Virus record (IMG/VR): IMGVR_UViG_3300019880_000001
Location: 19,914 to 83,913 of that record
DNA from: a virus
Length of the DNA: 64,000 bases
Reading direction: 5' to 3' (one strand)
Each line of letters opens with the position of its first letter. Within the stretch, counting starts at the first letter, position 1. The notes under the pieces were generated by a model. That model made no database searches. It was not told where the DNA came from and worked only from the letters and a program-made list of their open reading frames with translations. Shown here piece by piece: positions 39,733 to 50,027 of the stretch. Position numbers and translations under genes: made by a program.

Positions 39733-39941
39733 AGCTCGCGCTTCGCGGTCCAGTAGATCTCGAGCTCCGCTCGGCACTTGTCACACCGCGGACCACCGGT
39801 GGATCTGTTAGAGCACTTTTTGCCGTGGGGGCACACGTGCTCTTCCAACTTACCGTCGTGAGTGCGCACGTCGCGTGTGAGGCAACGCATGCACTGACGA
39901 CGAGAGTCAGTTTTCGACGACTTTTTACGCGACACGGTCAC
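39729..39941 (-). CDS. Small Cys-rich protein
   Basis: CMRC, HVCPHG, CDKC. Confidence 0.45.
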   Translation of the reverse strand: MTVSRKKSSKTDSRRQCMRCLTRDVRTHDGKLEEHVCPHGKKCSNRSTGGPRCDKCRAELEIYWTAKREL

Positions 39942-40480
39942 CGAATGCCTCGAAGAAGCGAAGCCAGTTCTTCGCGTGCGCGCTTGCGTGTTTCTCCTTC
40001 CGCTCTCGGCGGCTCGCGTTCGATGATGCACGCTAGGTTCGGAGCGCAAACGGAAAGCATCGTGAGCTCTTCTTCGGTGAGCTCAGGCGGTCTGATCGGC
40101 GCCGTGAAAAACGGATCGTTCGGCGGCAGCGTGCGCTCCTCGTAAGGAATCCCCTCATTCGAGTACCGCGTCTCCGCGAACGCCATACCGTCAGAGATCC
40201 CAAGGTCCACGTAGAAAACGTGGTGCACCATCGTAGAAATGCCGTGAATGCGAGCACCATTTCTAAAGACCGGCTGCGTCACGTTCCGCCACGCAAGCCC
40301 CGCCTCGATACCAAGTGTGCGTTCGATAGGATCATTGTCGTCGAGCGCGTCGGTGAGCATTCGATGCGAAGCATATGGGCTCTCGCCCCGGTTGATGCAA
40401 TCTCGGATGCAGCTCCGGAGGTAGCGCTTGTTGCGCTCGACGTCGCCCTTGAACGGACTCTCGATAATGACGAGCTTCAT
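39938..40480 (-). CDS. Nucleoside deoxyribosyltransferase-like phage protein
   Basis: VIIESPFKGDVERN..Y.R.C..DC..RGESPYASH...D.GIS.GM. Confidence 0.55.
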   Translation of the reverse strand: MKLVIIESPFKGDVERNKRYLRSCIRDCINRGESPYASHRMLTDALDDNDPIERTLGIEAGLAWRNVTQPVFRNGARIHGISTMVHHVFYVDLGISDGMAFAETRYSNEGIPYEERTLPPNDPFFTAPIRPPELTEEELTMLSVCAPNLACIIEREPPRAEGETRKRAREELASLLRGIR

Positions 40481-40482
40481 GT

Positions 40483-41388
40483 TCACGCCCCCCTGTAGAT
40501 GTCTTCGCCTGGAATCAGTTTTCGGTATTGAACCCACCCCTCAACGTTCCCGAGGAAGTGACGGTATCTCCCCGTCGACACGAACTCCGATTTGTCCCAC
40601 ACGAACTCCGGATGCCCGAAGAGCGCGAGCTCCCGCTGACTCATCGGACGGAGCGCGTGCTCTAGCGGCGACATGTGCCCGTTCGCGACGAGGCCATCGC
40701 AACGGGTCGCGGCTTTCTCCAAATCTGACTTCGACGATTGCCGTTCGTAGCTGACGGCGGCGCAACGACCGACCGAGACCTTCACGGGATCGATACCGTT
40801 TACGCGCATGTTATGCTCGGCCGCAAACGGCGGCTCGTCACCGACGCCGCGCACGTACGGCAAGTGCCAATCCCCGTAAGAGACAACCAGCGGAGCGCTA
40901 GCAAGGCGCACCTCGCGCGCCATGCCGGCGATCTTGTACATCTCGGGCTGGGCCATCTTGCTAACGCGAAGCGCATCCCAATTGTCCCACTCGGTCGCCG
41001 TGACGACCGCCGTGTGCCACGTGAATGGCTCCAGAATGCGGTTCGCGTGCTGCTTGTGAACTTCTAGCTTCGAGCAGAGCTCGGCGGTCATTGCCGACTG
41101 TTCCGCTATGTCCAACCACAGTTGGCGCGCCTCATCTTGCTCTAAAAGCTCTTCGGAGTGCTGCATACCGCTTTGGTTTTTGCCGAATGACTCGGGTACG
41201 AACGGGGTTTCCCGAACTTGCGCGATCCTCTTCGAGACGGGTATGGCCCGACTCGAAGCGCTGTTCCTCGAGAGCACGCGGTGCGTGTTGGCTTCCGCGA
41301 GAATGAACCGCGGGAACGTCCACTCCATGGACGTGACACGGTACCCGTCTGGGGAAATAGAATCTGCAAGAATTTTCGCGTCGTACAT
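40483..41388 (-). CDS. thyX: Flavin-dependent thymidylate synthase (phage type)
   Basis: PRFILAEANTHRVLSRNSASSRAIP; HKQ.ANRILEPF; H.SPLEH. Confidence 0.8.
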   Translation of the reverse strand: MYDAKILADSISPDGYRVTSMEWTFPRFILAEANTHRVLSRNSASSRAIPVSKRIAQVRETPFVPESFGKNQSGMQHSEELLEQDEARQLWLDIAEQSAMTAELCSKLEVHKQHANRILEPFTWHTAVVTATEWDNWDALRVSKMAQPEMYKIAGMAREVRLASAPLVVSYGDWHLPYVRGVGDEPPFAAEHNMRVNGIDPVKVSVGRCAAVSYERQSSKSDLEKAATRCDGLVANGHMSPLEHALRPMSQRELALFGHPEFVWDKSEFVSTGRYRHFLGNVEGWVQYRKLIPGEDIYRGA

Positions 41389-41686
41389 TCTGTCTCCTAT
41401 CGATTGAATTCGCAGTCACAGAAACACCAGCCACTACAATCTACGTGAGCGCCTCGACCGCACGCGCCGCAAAGACGGCGTTTGCTCGCCGACGTCGAGA
41501 ACGCTCCCTCGAGCCCCACGCAACGACTGTGACAACCGAACTGGATCACGCCGTTGATCAGCAGCGAGTTGTGGTACCTGTACGGCGCGCCGGGCAGACA
41601 AGTTCCGCCTCTAGAGGGCCAAAAGTGATCGTACTTCGAGCAGCGCCACACGACGCTGTCGCACGAAGTGAAAACCACTCTGATCT

Positions 41687-42241
41687 TCATTTGCTATCGC
41701 GCCCCATCGTCATGCGCGCCTCTTCGACGCGACGATCGAGCTCTTCTTCGCGCAGTTGAGCTTCGGTTTTCTCTTCGGGGCGCCGTTCGGGGTACGTGAA
41801 GATCGCGCCACGATTGTCGTCTTCGAACCGCCTACGCTGCTCTTCGTCCCACACTCGGCGAGCAGCCACCGCAGCGGCATTGGATCTGTCAAGCGCCGAT
41901 CGTCGTTCGTATTCCTTGTGCACGACGTACCACTCTTCGTTACCCAAAGGCGTACCTTCCGGATAATACAGCCACCCAACCGAAGCCTGACAATACGCGG
42001 GGCTCCCGTAATCCACACACCTACGATATCGTCTCCCCCCAAAAACAATCTCATCCCACCCGTCGAGGTGGAGTACCGACATCACGGCCGGGTCGACCTC
42101 CTTTTCTTCTTCCGGCGGCCCCTCAACTTCTAACCGATCGCCTACGGCCCCCTCCGCTGCGAACTTGAGCGCCCAGCGCGTCACCAACGTCCCACAGACG
42201 ATCAAGACGACCAGAACAGCAGCAACGATCGCGGCGGTCAT
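41687..42241 (-). CDS. Membrane-anchored hypothetical protein
   Basis: N-terminal TM; coupled. Confidence 0.55.
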   Translation of the reverse strand: MTAAIVAAVLVVLIVCGTLVTRWALKFAAEGAVGDRLEVEGPPEEEKEVDPAVMSVLHLDGWDEIVFGGRRYRRCVDYGSPAYCQASVGWLYYPEGTPLGNEEWYVVHKEYERRSALDRSNAAAVAARRVWDEEQRRRFEDDNRGAIFTYPERRPEEKTEAQLREEELDRRVEEARMTMGRDSK

Positions 42242-42660
42242 CGAACCCTCACGAGCCACGCGCCACAGTCGAGAGTGAGGTTTTCCATATCGGCAGTCCC
42301 GTCGTCTCCGAGGAACGCGACGGTGCCGTCGGGCTCGAAGCTTGCGAACATTCTACGGTTGCGATTCTTCCCCGCTTCGCCTTTCTCGGTTTCCCAAAGC
42401 GCCTTGAACTTGGAGCAAGAGACACCTCGAGACTCGGCCCACTCGCGCGCGAGGAGATCGGCGCCGGGGGCTTCGCCTTCGGCGATCTCGCTCGGCCGAA
42501 GGAGATCGAGAGCCTCGAAGAGACGGGCTCGTTCGGCGGCCACTCGCAACCCGTCCTTTTCCTGGTTGGCCCCCTCGTTCGGGCGCCCGTACCATCGCCC
42601 ACCGCAAACGATGATGCGTTTGCCCTTCGGCGCCTGCTCGAGTTTCAATAAACCTTTCAT
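42238..42660 (-). CDS. SLOG/YspA-like (DUF2493) protein
   Basis: RIIVCGGR, GEAPGADLLAREWA, AG..RNRRM, F.G..GT. Confidence 0.8.
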   Translation of the reverse strand: MKGLLKLEQAPKGKRIIVCGGRWYGRPNEGANQEKDGLRVAAERARLFEALDLLRPSEIAEGEAPGADLLAREWAESRGVSCSKFKALWETEKGEAGKNRNRRMFASFEPDGTVAFLGDDGTADMENLTLDCGAWLVRVR

Positions 42661-45287
42661 CCGAAATCGCTCCAGCGTTGGCCGATCTTGAGATCGATTG
42701 GCATGACGAACTTTCTCGCGCCGTCTTCGACACGCAACGAAGAACCGTACCCGTTCGCCGGAATGATCACCGGCTCCTCCCACGTCGTCTTGACGAGCGC
42801 GCTGACGTGTTCGACGTGACGCTCAGGTACCTCCAGGATCGCAGCGTCGTGAATCTGCGCAACAACGCAGGCGCCCCGGGGCAGTTGACTGGAAATGGAC
42901 GGGAGGCGTACGTTCATCAACGAGGCGATACCGCCCTGGATCGGTCGGTTCGCTACGTCGCTGATCCCGGCGTGCCACCCGAGCCACGAGATGCGCCCCG
43001 ACAGTGCGCACCGCATGTGCCCGACCTTGTCGACGATGCGCTTGTTCATCTCCACGTGCCTGAAGTAGACCGAGAACGTCTGCCTGAGCATGTCATGCAC
43101 GTACACGACGTCGCGCATCTCGACGGGAAGGCCCTTGCTGCGAACGAACCCGAAGATGGTCGCGGGCTCGGCCCAGTAGATGGCTCCGAAGATGCTGTTC
43201 TTCTCGACGTCCCGGAACGGCTTTCCGGCACCTTTGGGATCTTGTCGGATTAGCTCCGCCTCGCTGGGGAAGAGCTTCATCGCCGTTGTCGTGTGCACGT
43301 CACCGGACTCGCACGCCTCGATGAAGTTCGGGTCGCCGGAGAGGTAAGCCGCGAATCGGAGCTCTGCCTGAGAGAGATCGAAGTACACGAGCTTGCAGCC
43401 TGGCTTCGCGACGTAGAACTCGCGAACGCGCGTCTCGAGCACGATCGACTTGTCTTTCAAGTACTCAGCTCTAGGCGCCGATTGCAAACGACAGGAGTAA
43501 CGGCCGCTGCCTGCCCCGTAGCTTCGCCAGTTGACGTGCGTTCTCGCGACGGTCGGGTGCTTCTTCGAGGGCTTGTCGATGGTCTGCGTTTTCACGTAGA
43601 CGTAAGTGCCGTCGATCTTCGCAGCGCCGCGCCATTGCAACAGCAGGTCGGCGAAACGCCCCGCGCGCGTCGGGCTGCTCTTGAGCCGTTCGAGCGTGGT
43701 CTGACTCGTGGAGGGCAACCCCGACGAAGTCGGATCGGAAGCCGACATCGGCGCCCGGAGCGTCGTGAAGAGCGCTTTTCGGACCGCTGCGAGCTGCATC
43801 GGGTGAAAGTTCGGGCGCTTGAGTAGCGCGCGCATCTTCTCGAGAAGCACGACCTGCTTCTTCAAGATCTCTTCGTGCAACCAGGTACGCCGCTCGAGGT
43901 CGACGCCGATACCGTCGATGATCATGCCTCGGCAAAGACGCGCGTTCTCCTTGTCGACCGTGTAGACCGCAAGCTCGTCTGCGAGATCGCCCTTCATCCC
44001 CTTGCGTGTGCGCGCTTGAATTCGCGCGTCGGCAGCGTTGTACTTGCAAAGATCTTCGCCGCTCAACTTCTCGGGCGGGAGCCCCTTCTCGGTCGCGCCT
44101 CCGGTGCCTTGCTTGAACGTGACCTTCCACGGCCCGACATCGCAGAACAGGCTCGCCACGTGGGAGAGGCGTTGCGGCATATGGCTCGCGAACGTATGAT
44201 GTGCGATGAGCGTGTCCTCGAGCTTTTCTTCGATGGGCTCGAACGGCACGTCGTACCGATCGAGCACGATCTGGTCGAAGTTGTACCCGTTGTGCATCCC
44301 GACCGTACGCGCGCGCTTGAGAGCGGTGTTCAAGAGCGGAGCGAACGTCTTTCGCCACGGCCAGATGACGACCGTGTGATCACCGTCCGAGATACCGACG
44401 CAGAGGAGCCGATTGCGCAACGGATCGGCACCATCTTTCCCGCCCTCCGTGCTCGCACCGGTTTCGACGTCGACGTCGATGTCGGGCCCGAGCTTCTTGA
44501 GCTCCCGTCGAATGTCGTCACGCTTCGAGGCGACTACGTATGGGCCGTTGTCGAGCAGTTTCTTGTGCGTCAGCTTCCCGCGCACCCAACGGGCGATGCG
44601 ATCGAGGTCGATCTTCAAGACCGGCAGCCAGGTATCGCTCCGGAGCACGAACGCAGGATGTACGGTCGGCAGCACCGTCCTGCCGGCGAGCTTGCTTCGG
44701 CCCTCCGTGATCTGAGCTTTCAGCCAAAGCTCTTTCCACTTCGGCGCGCCGCGGGTCTTCGCCTTTTTCGCTTTGCTCCAGGCAGGCCCCGGGTCGAGCT
44801 CTCGAGCGGTCCAAACGAACCCCCTCGAGTTCATGATCGAGCGCACGCCGAGCACGCTCAGGGTGCTCGACCTGCCGAACGTGACGATGGGGACCTTGGA
44901 ATCGAACTCGGCGAGCTCACGGAGCAGACGAGGCGCGCAGCAAACGCTCGCCTCGTCGTTCTCGCGATCGATGTTCGATCGGCAGAGCGCACTGTTCGTG
45001 AGGTGCGCCGAGAGAATGTCGAGATCGACCTCACGGCAGAGCCCTTTGAGGAAAACGCCGGTCTGCCCGATGAACGGCGTTCCGAAGATCTCTTCTTTGC
45101 GCCCCGGAGCCTCGCCGACGAACACGACCTTCGTCGAGCGCGGCGATGCTTTCGGCGGGACGACAGTGTTGCCCTTCAACGGGCAAAGATCGCAGCGAGC
45201 GCCGGCTTTCACCGGATCGTACTCTTGCACGACGGGGAGAGCCTTCGCTGTCACGTTGTGCGCGCCGCTCTCGAAGTCATGGGGCAC
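42657..45287 (-). CDS. polA: Family A DNA polymerase with N-terminal uracil-DNA-glycosylase-like domain and 3'-5' exonuclease
   Basis: UDG: CDLCPL, VGEAPG..E..G.PFIG..G, HPAFVLR; exo: DVET, HNGYNFD, YNAAD; pol: DLSQAELR, KNSIFGAIY, NRPIQG, QIHD. Confidence 0.92.
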   Translation of the reverse strand: MPHDFESGAHNVTAKALPVVQEYDPVKAGARCDLCPLKGNTVVPPKASPRSTKVVFVGEAPGRKEEIFGTPFIGQTGVFLKGLCREVDLDILSAHLTNSALCRSNIDRENDEASVCCAPRLLRELAEFDSKVPIVTFGRSSTLSVLGVRSIMNSRGFVWTARELDPGPAWSKAKKAKTRGAPKWKELWLKAQITEGRSKLAGRTVLPTVHPAFVLRSDTWLPVLKIDLDRIARWVRGKLTHKKLLDNGPYVVASKRDDIRRELKKLGPDIDVDVETGASTEGGKDGADPLRNRLLCVGISDGDHTVVIWPWRKTFAPLLNTALKRARTVGMHNGYNFDQIVLDRYDVPFEPIEEKLEDTLIAHHTFASHMPQRLSHVASLFCDVGPWKVTFKQGTGGATEKGLPPEKLSGEDLCKYNAADARIQARTRKGMKGDLADELAVYTVDKENARLCRGMIIDGIGVDLERRTWLHEEILKKQVVLLEKMRALLKRPNFHPMQLAAVRKALFTTLRAPMSASDPTSSGLPSTSQTTLERLKSSPTRAGRFADLLLQWRGAAKIDGTYVYVKTQTIDKPSKKHPTVARTHVNWRSYGAGSGRYSCRLQSAPRAEYLKDKSIVLETRVREFYVAKPGCKLVYFDLSQAELRFAAYLSGDPNFIEACESGDVHTTTAMKLFPSEAELIRQDPKGAGKPFRDVEKNSIFGAIYWAEPATIFGFVRSKGLPVEMRDVVYVHDMLRQTFSVYFRHVEMNKRIVDKVGHMRCALSGRISWLGWHAGISDVANRPIQGGIASLMNVRLPSISSQLPRGACVVAQIHDAAILEVPERHVEHVSALVKTTWEEPVIIPANGYGSSLRVEDGARKFVMPIDLKIGQRWSDFG

Positions 45288-45437
45288 ACAAGCGGCAGAC
45301 CCACCGCCCTTCGATCTTCACCCACCCGACTGCTCTGCGGTGATTGGGTGGGTGCGCGAAACGCCTGAGCTTCTTGCACATCGGACATCTCTTTCGAAGT
45401 CCGTGCGTTCCGCGTTTGGGCCGAAGATTCTCTTCTG

Positions 45438-46103
45438 TCACGGTGCGCCCGGCGCCTGACTCGACCGCCACGTGTTGAAGTTCGCCCACTGCTCCGCTTC
45501 GGCGCAACGCTGCCACGTGAGCGCGTATCCCAGATTCGCGTCGACGACGGCCGGCACCTCCGAGAACACGTGGTAGAGGAGCTTCCCCGTAGCCTCAGCG
45601 TCGACCTCCGCGTCGTGCGCGCCGCCCTTGAGCTTGATCCCACGCCGCTTGCACGCAGATTCGAGCGTGTGCCGCTGTTTGCCTTTCACGTACCGATCGA
45701 CCTGGCGCACTGCCACCAGCGGGTCGAGCCAGGGCCACGTCCAATCCTCGAACGCGCACGCCGGCACGAACCTCTGATCGAAGTGCGCGTTGTACGCCGC
45801 CGGCTGCGCCCCCAAGAGTAGCTTCTGCACCTCCTTGGACTTGACGACGACGTCGATAGCAGCCGCCTTCGCAACCATCTTGTCGGTAATCCCATGCACC
45901 GCCGTCGCCTCCGCCGGGATCTTGCGGTCGGGCCCCGGGTTCACGAGCGCCGAGAATTTACCGACAACTTTTCGCGCCTCGAAGCGTACGAACGCGACCT
46001 GCACGATCGCGTCGACGCCAGGAACAACCCCGGTCGTCTCCACATCGATGACAGTGATCGGAACTTCGCCCCACGGGCGGTTGAAGAGCGCGATCATTCT
46101 CAA
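45438..46103 (-). CDS. DEDDh 3'-5' exonuclease (DnaQ-like)
   Basis: IDVETTG, AYNAHFD, HDAEVDA. Confidence 0.9.
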   Translation of the reverse strand: MRMIALFNRPWGEVPITVIDVETTGVVPGVDAIVQVAFVRFEARKVVGKFSALVNPGPDRKIPAEATAVHGITDKMVAKAAAIDVVVKSKEVQKLLLGAQPAAYNAHFDQRFVPACAFEDWTWPWLDPLVAVRQVDRYVKGKQRHTLESACKRRGIKLKGGAHDAEVDAEATGKLLYHVFSEVPAVVDANLGYALTWQRCAEAEQWANFNTWRSSQAPGAP

Positions 46104-46540
46104 GTGTTCCCGAGCGATGAGCTCGAGGTCATTTCGAGCTCTTGGATCGCGTTGTCGAGCGCGTCGAACATGCCGTCGAAGTTTCCGTCAAGGAGATAGA
46201 CCAGGAACTCGCCGAGCAACGAGTCTTCGTTTTCGCTTCGGATGACGCGCTTGGCGAGCGCACGCCACACGACGGCGGTCTTCGATTCCGGTTCGTCGTC
46301 GAGATCGTACAGATCGATTCGGTCTTCCTCGCGCTTGGTGTACCACCGCGCCGACTTGAGATCGCGGAGCGGCGTCTCGGTCGCTTTAAGGCCACAGCGC
46401 CAGACATACTTCACAGCGTTTCCGAAGTTCGTCGGTAGGTGCTCGATGAGCTCGATTGTCTCTATGCCGCTGGGCGACTGGTTGTAGTGGCGAGGATGTT
46501 CGACTCTCTCGTTCGGGTCTGCGCTCTGCGTTGTTGCCAT
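46100..46540 (-). CDS. DUF3310 (T7 gp1.7-like) protein
   Basis: VEHPRHY..GIETIE...GNAVKYVWR.G.K...DLKSARWY. Confidence 0.85.
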   Translation of the reverse strand: MATTQSADPNERVEHPRHYNQSPSGIETIELIEHLPTNFGNAVKYVWRCGLKATETPLRDLKSARWYTKREEDRIDLYDLDDEPESKTAVVWRALAKRVIRSENEDSLLGEFLVYLLDGNFDGMFDALDNAIQELEMTSSSSLGNT

Positions 46541-46550
46541 CGTCGGGCTC

Positions 46551-46799
46551 CTACTCGGGATCTATTTGAGGGAGGTACGCTTTCAAAATCTCGGCTATTC
46601 GGCGTGCGAGATATTCCGTCGGGTTCGCCGGTACGCGCCCTCTCGGCAGGGTCTCTTCGTGGAGAATTCGCACGCGGTCTATGTCGATGCGTATCCTGTA
46701 CCCGGCATTGCAGCGAATGTTCGATACGCCTTCGGTTTTTGGGCTGATCTCTTCGAGCTCTCGGAACCCTTCGATCGACAAGTCGAGCCGGTGAGTCAC
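46551..46799 (-). CDS. Hypothetical protein
   Basis: GTGA overlap. Confidence 0.45.
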   Translation of the reverse strand: MTHRLDLSIEGFRELEEISPKTEGVSNIRCNAGYRIRIDIDRVRILHEETLPRGRVPANPTEYLARRIAEILKAYLPQIDPE

Positions 46800-47152
46800 C
46801 TTGGCCTCCCCGACTGAGCGAACTTCTCTTGAGCCTCGATGGCGAGGTCGAGACACTCGAGCACGTCGAAACCCAAGTCGTCGACCCAGCGGATCGTCGA
46901 GAAGATGATGTTGCCGAACTCCTTCTTGAGTTCCTGTCGACGCTCTTTCCAAACAGCATCGACATGAGGCGCCGGCGCATCACGAGCCAGGCGTGCAATG
47001 TCGCCGACCCCGACCATCAACCGAATCACGATCTCTGGGAACGTGTGCCGCGTGTCGCCCCAGATCTGCCGCCCTTGAACGCGAAGGGCTGCGACGCCGG
47101 CGTGCACCGCCTCCCGTGTCCCCGCGTACATCCTCATGTCGACGCGCATCAT
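46796..47152 (-). CDS. MazG-like all-alpha NTP pyrophosphatase (degenerate)
   Basis: LMVGVGDIAR...ELKKEFGNIIF...LGFD. Confidence 0.5.
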   Translation of the reverse strand: MMRVDMRMYAGTREAVHAGVAALRVQGRQIWGDTRHTFPEIVIRLMVGVGDIARLARDAPAPHVDAVWKERRQELKKEFGNIIFSTIRWVDDLGFDVLECLDLAIEAQEKFAQSGRPR

Positions 47153-47613
47153 CGGTACTCCACCTTTCTCTCATGTCGAAGACGCTCGGCGATCTTCACC
47201 GCCTCTTCGATCGATCGGGCTATGACGCCAGCACCCGTGAGAAGCTCGACGCCGCTCGGGTCACGGTACGCCTCCCCGTAGGTCACGCAGGTGATCCCCA
47301 CGTTGATGATGCACTTCGCGCACATTCGGCACGGCGAGTGCGTGAGGTACATGTGCTTCTCTTTCGAGAAGTTGAAGTCGAGTTTGATGAGCGCGTTGAT
47401 CTCGGCGTGGATGAACCCGCTCTGTCCCGGCTCCGGAGACTCGTGCTCGTTCGGGCCGCCGGCGTAGTTCCCGTTGTAGCCGCCCGAGAGCATCTGCGTG
47501 TTGTCGGAAGAAACGACGATCGCGCCGACCTTGAGCCGGGGGTCGCAAGACCGAGCGGCGATCGTACGCGCGATGGCCATCCACGTTTCCGGCCAGGTCG
47601 GTCGATCATTCAT
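47149..47613 (-). CDS. dCMP deaminase
   Basis: RS.D..KVGA, GYNG, HAEINAL, SPCRMC. Confidence 0.92.
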   Translation of the reverse strand: MNDRPTWPETWMAIARTIAARSCDPRLKVGAIVVSSDNTQMLSGGYNGNYAGGPNEHESPEPGQSGFIHAEINALIKLDFNFSKEKHMYLTHSPCRMCAKCIINVGITCVTYGEAYRDPSGVELLTGAGVIARSIEEAVKIAERLRHERKVEYR

Positions 47614-47787
47614 CGTTTCCACTCCCGTCGTCAAACCCCTCGCACCTGCCGCAAGCACACCCGCCTTCGGTGTGCTTGCGTCGCTCGCACAAGCATCGTT
47701 CGCAGACGTCGCCGCCCGAAGGCGCAGCTCGCTCGTCTATTTCGACGAGATCGTCGTCTTCGAGCAGCGATCGTCTACGACGCGGGC

Positions 47788-48426
47788 TCATCGCTTCGAC
47801 TTGCCGTTGCCGCCGTTGCTGTTCTTGTTCGAGGAGGTCTTCTTCTTGGCGCCACGAGCCGGTTCACGCGCCGGAGCTCTCTCGTCGCGATCCTCGTCCT
47901 CGTCCTCGTCGTCGTCGTCGCCGGCAGCGCTGAGGGTTCTGTTCGGATCCCGAAACATGAGCTCGGAGACGACCTCTCCGGTGTCCTTGCGGGCCTGAAG
48001 TTTGGTCCACGCCTTAAACTTCTTGCCCTCGAGCGCACGGATGAGCGGCTCGAGATCGGTCTCGGGGTCTTCGATCACCTTGGGGATGAGATCCAGATCG
48101 ACGTCGGCGGCCTCGCAAACCTCGCGGATGCGAAGCTTGGCCATACGCTCGCCGCGCGGGGTCTTGGCGCCGAACACCAGGAACGTACTGAGCTCGGTGC
48201 CGAGCGCTTTCTGGAACTGCTCGTCGTCCTCGTCCGTCTTGTCGAGGCGGATCGGAACGATGATCATCGGGAAGTGCTCCTCTCTGGTCGGCTGCACTTT
48301 GCACTTCCCGCGGGGGATCGACACATCCCACTCGCCCGCCGGCGCGTCGGGTGCGATCTCGTTCACGTCGAACTGGACGCGCTTGTATTCCAGTTTCTTG
48401 CCCTGATTCGTGTCTGTTCTGGCCAT
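47788..48426 (-). CDS. ssDNA-binding-like protein with acidic/basic tail
   Basis: Lies next to the AAA gene; P.GEW.V, acidic C-terminal tract. Confidence 0.5.
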   Translation of the reverse strand: MARTDTNQGKKLEYKRVQFDVNEIAPDAPAGEWDVSIPRGKCKVQPTREEHFPMIIVPIRLDKTDEDDEQFQKALGTELSTFLVFGAKTPRGERMAKLRIREVCEAADVDLDLIPKVIEDPETDLEPLIRALEGKKFKAWTKLQARKDTGEVVSELMFRDPNRTLSAAGDDDDEDEDEDRDERAPAREPARGAKKKTSSNKNSNGGNGKSKR

Positions 48427-48439
48427 GCTGATTTACTTT

Positions 48440-49219
48440 CTACTTTCGTTGCTGGTTCGGACGTTTGGTTTCGATCTTCGGAGAAGAGCCAGACTTGCTG
48501 ACCTTCTCGAATTCTTCGTGCAGCACACCGACGTCGGCCTCGAGCTCGTGTGTCCCTGGGAGATCCAGGCAGCTCGGTCCGTAGACACCGATCGGATTGA
48601 TGAAAAAGCTCCGCTTCGCCTTGTCCTTCGTACTCGGAGCCATGAAGACGATGTTGGCGAAGTTGCCGGGGATCTCTTTGCGCGCGGCGCCTCCGAACAG
48701 CGGAGCGACCCCTTGCCCGGTCTTTTCGGTCTGACCGTCGATGAGCCCCGTGCCGGTTTCGATGTAGTGGCTGACGACGTAGAAGTGCGCCTTGAAGTCA
48801 AACCCGCGCACTAGAATGTTGATCAGACGTTTCCGGTACTCGCGCCAGAACCGGCGACCGTCTGCTTCGCCCTTGTTGTTGCGCGTCTGATCTTCGAGTG
48901 CGACCTCTAGCCAACTCCCGTAGAGATTGAAGTCGTCCACAACGACCCACTTGTACGTGCCGTCTCTGCACCCTCGACGCGCTTCTTTCATCGCGTCTTC
49001 CATCTGCGTTTCGTCGCGGATGATGTCGTACTTGAACTTTTTCGATCTACGAGATGCGTCCAGCAGCCCTGTCGCCTTGCCGCAATTGAGCACGTAGCCC
49101 ATTCCAAACGCTTGAGCTGCGCTCGCTACGATCGACGTGGACTTCCCGATGTGAGGGTCCCCCAGAAAGAGGACGCGATCGTACGGCTCGCGCTCCAGCG
49201 CGGACGCATCCTGCGGCAT
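48440..49219 (-). CDS. AAA_24/Sak4-like P-loop protein
   Basis: LGDPHIGKST, VVVDDF, D.R..W, VVSH, P.FGG. Confidence 0.75.
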   Translation of the reverse strand: MPQDASALEREPYDRVLFLGDPHIGKSTSIVASAAQAFGMGYVLNCGKATGLLDASRRSKKFKYDIIRDETQMEDAMKEARRGCRDGTYKWVVVDDFNLYGSWLEVALEDQTRNNKGEADGRRFWREYRKRLINILVRGFDFKAHFYVVSHYIETGTGLIDGQTEKTGQGVAPLFGGAARKEIPGNFANIVFMAPSTKDKAKRSFFINPIGVYGPSCLDLPGTHELEADVGVLHEEFEKVSKSGSSPKIETKRPNQQRK

Positions 49220-49529
49220 ATGTCAGACGCTTTCTCTTGCCCGCTGTCACCTTCGAGCGGTGACCCTTCGACGTTGGGCAGGGATCAGCTTTTACCGAAC
49301 TGAAAACGAAAGTGCAACCCCCAAAAGGGAACGGCAGCCCCCGTCGAAAGAGGCTGCCGTCGGGAGCGATTCGGGAGGATCAGCTCTGAGGGGAAAGATA
49401 AAGCTTTCGGTGCGTGTTGTCCAGCGTGGCACCGAGCACCAGACGACCGACCGTCCAGTGATCGTGCATCTTCCGCAGAGAACACGGCCTTCGCGCTTCA
49501 ACGCCTCAGAACAGAAGATCGATTTTGCC

Positions 49530-50027
49530 TCACCTGAGCGCGCCGGTTTTGCCCGGCTGGCTCTCGTCGTAGTCAGCGGGCGGCGCTTCGAGCGCCTCGC
49601 GCTTCTCGTGCTGCCGGCGCCGACACCGATCGATGACTTCCGAATTTTGAATACGTTTGAGCTCCGCCTCGAACTCCAAATCGGCGTCGACCTTGAGTGC
49701 TGCGGCCATCGCGTACAAGGTCACCATAGTGCCCGCGATCTCTTGTGCGGGTCTCCCGGCAGGGCGGCCCATCACGTAGTCGACGAGCCGGTGAAGCGTC
49801 GCGGTGTCGGCGCCACACGCTTGAGCCAGCTCGAGAGCTTCTTCGGCGGTACGTAGAGAACGCTCCAGCGTGTCGTCGGCTTCCTTGTCGGTAAATACTT
49901 CTTTCACCCACCTGGTGATGCGATCTTGTTTGGAAAGCGCCTCGAGCGCAGCCTCGAAAAGCGCTAAATCGCCGAAAAGACCAGTCACACGGTGCCGTAG
50001 ACGCTGTTTCAATATCTCGACGATCAC
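49530..50027 (-). CDS. MazG-like nucleotide pyrophosphohydrolase
   Basis: W...F...ERSLR.AEEALEL.Q...GRP.G.P.QEIAG..VTL. Confidence 0.6.
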   Translation of the reverse strand: MIVEILKQRLRHRVTGLFGDLALFEAALEALSKQDRITRWVKEVFTDKEADDTLERSLRTAEEALELAQACGADTATLHRLVDYVMGRPAGRPAQEIAGTMVTLYAMAAALKVDADLEFEAELKRIQNSEVIDRCRRRQHEKREALEAPPADYDESQPGKTGALR

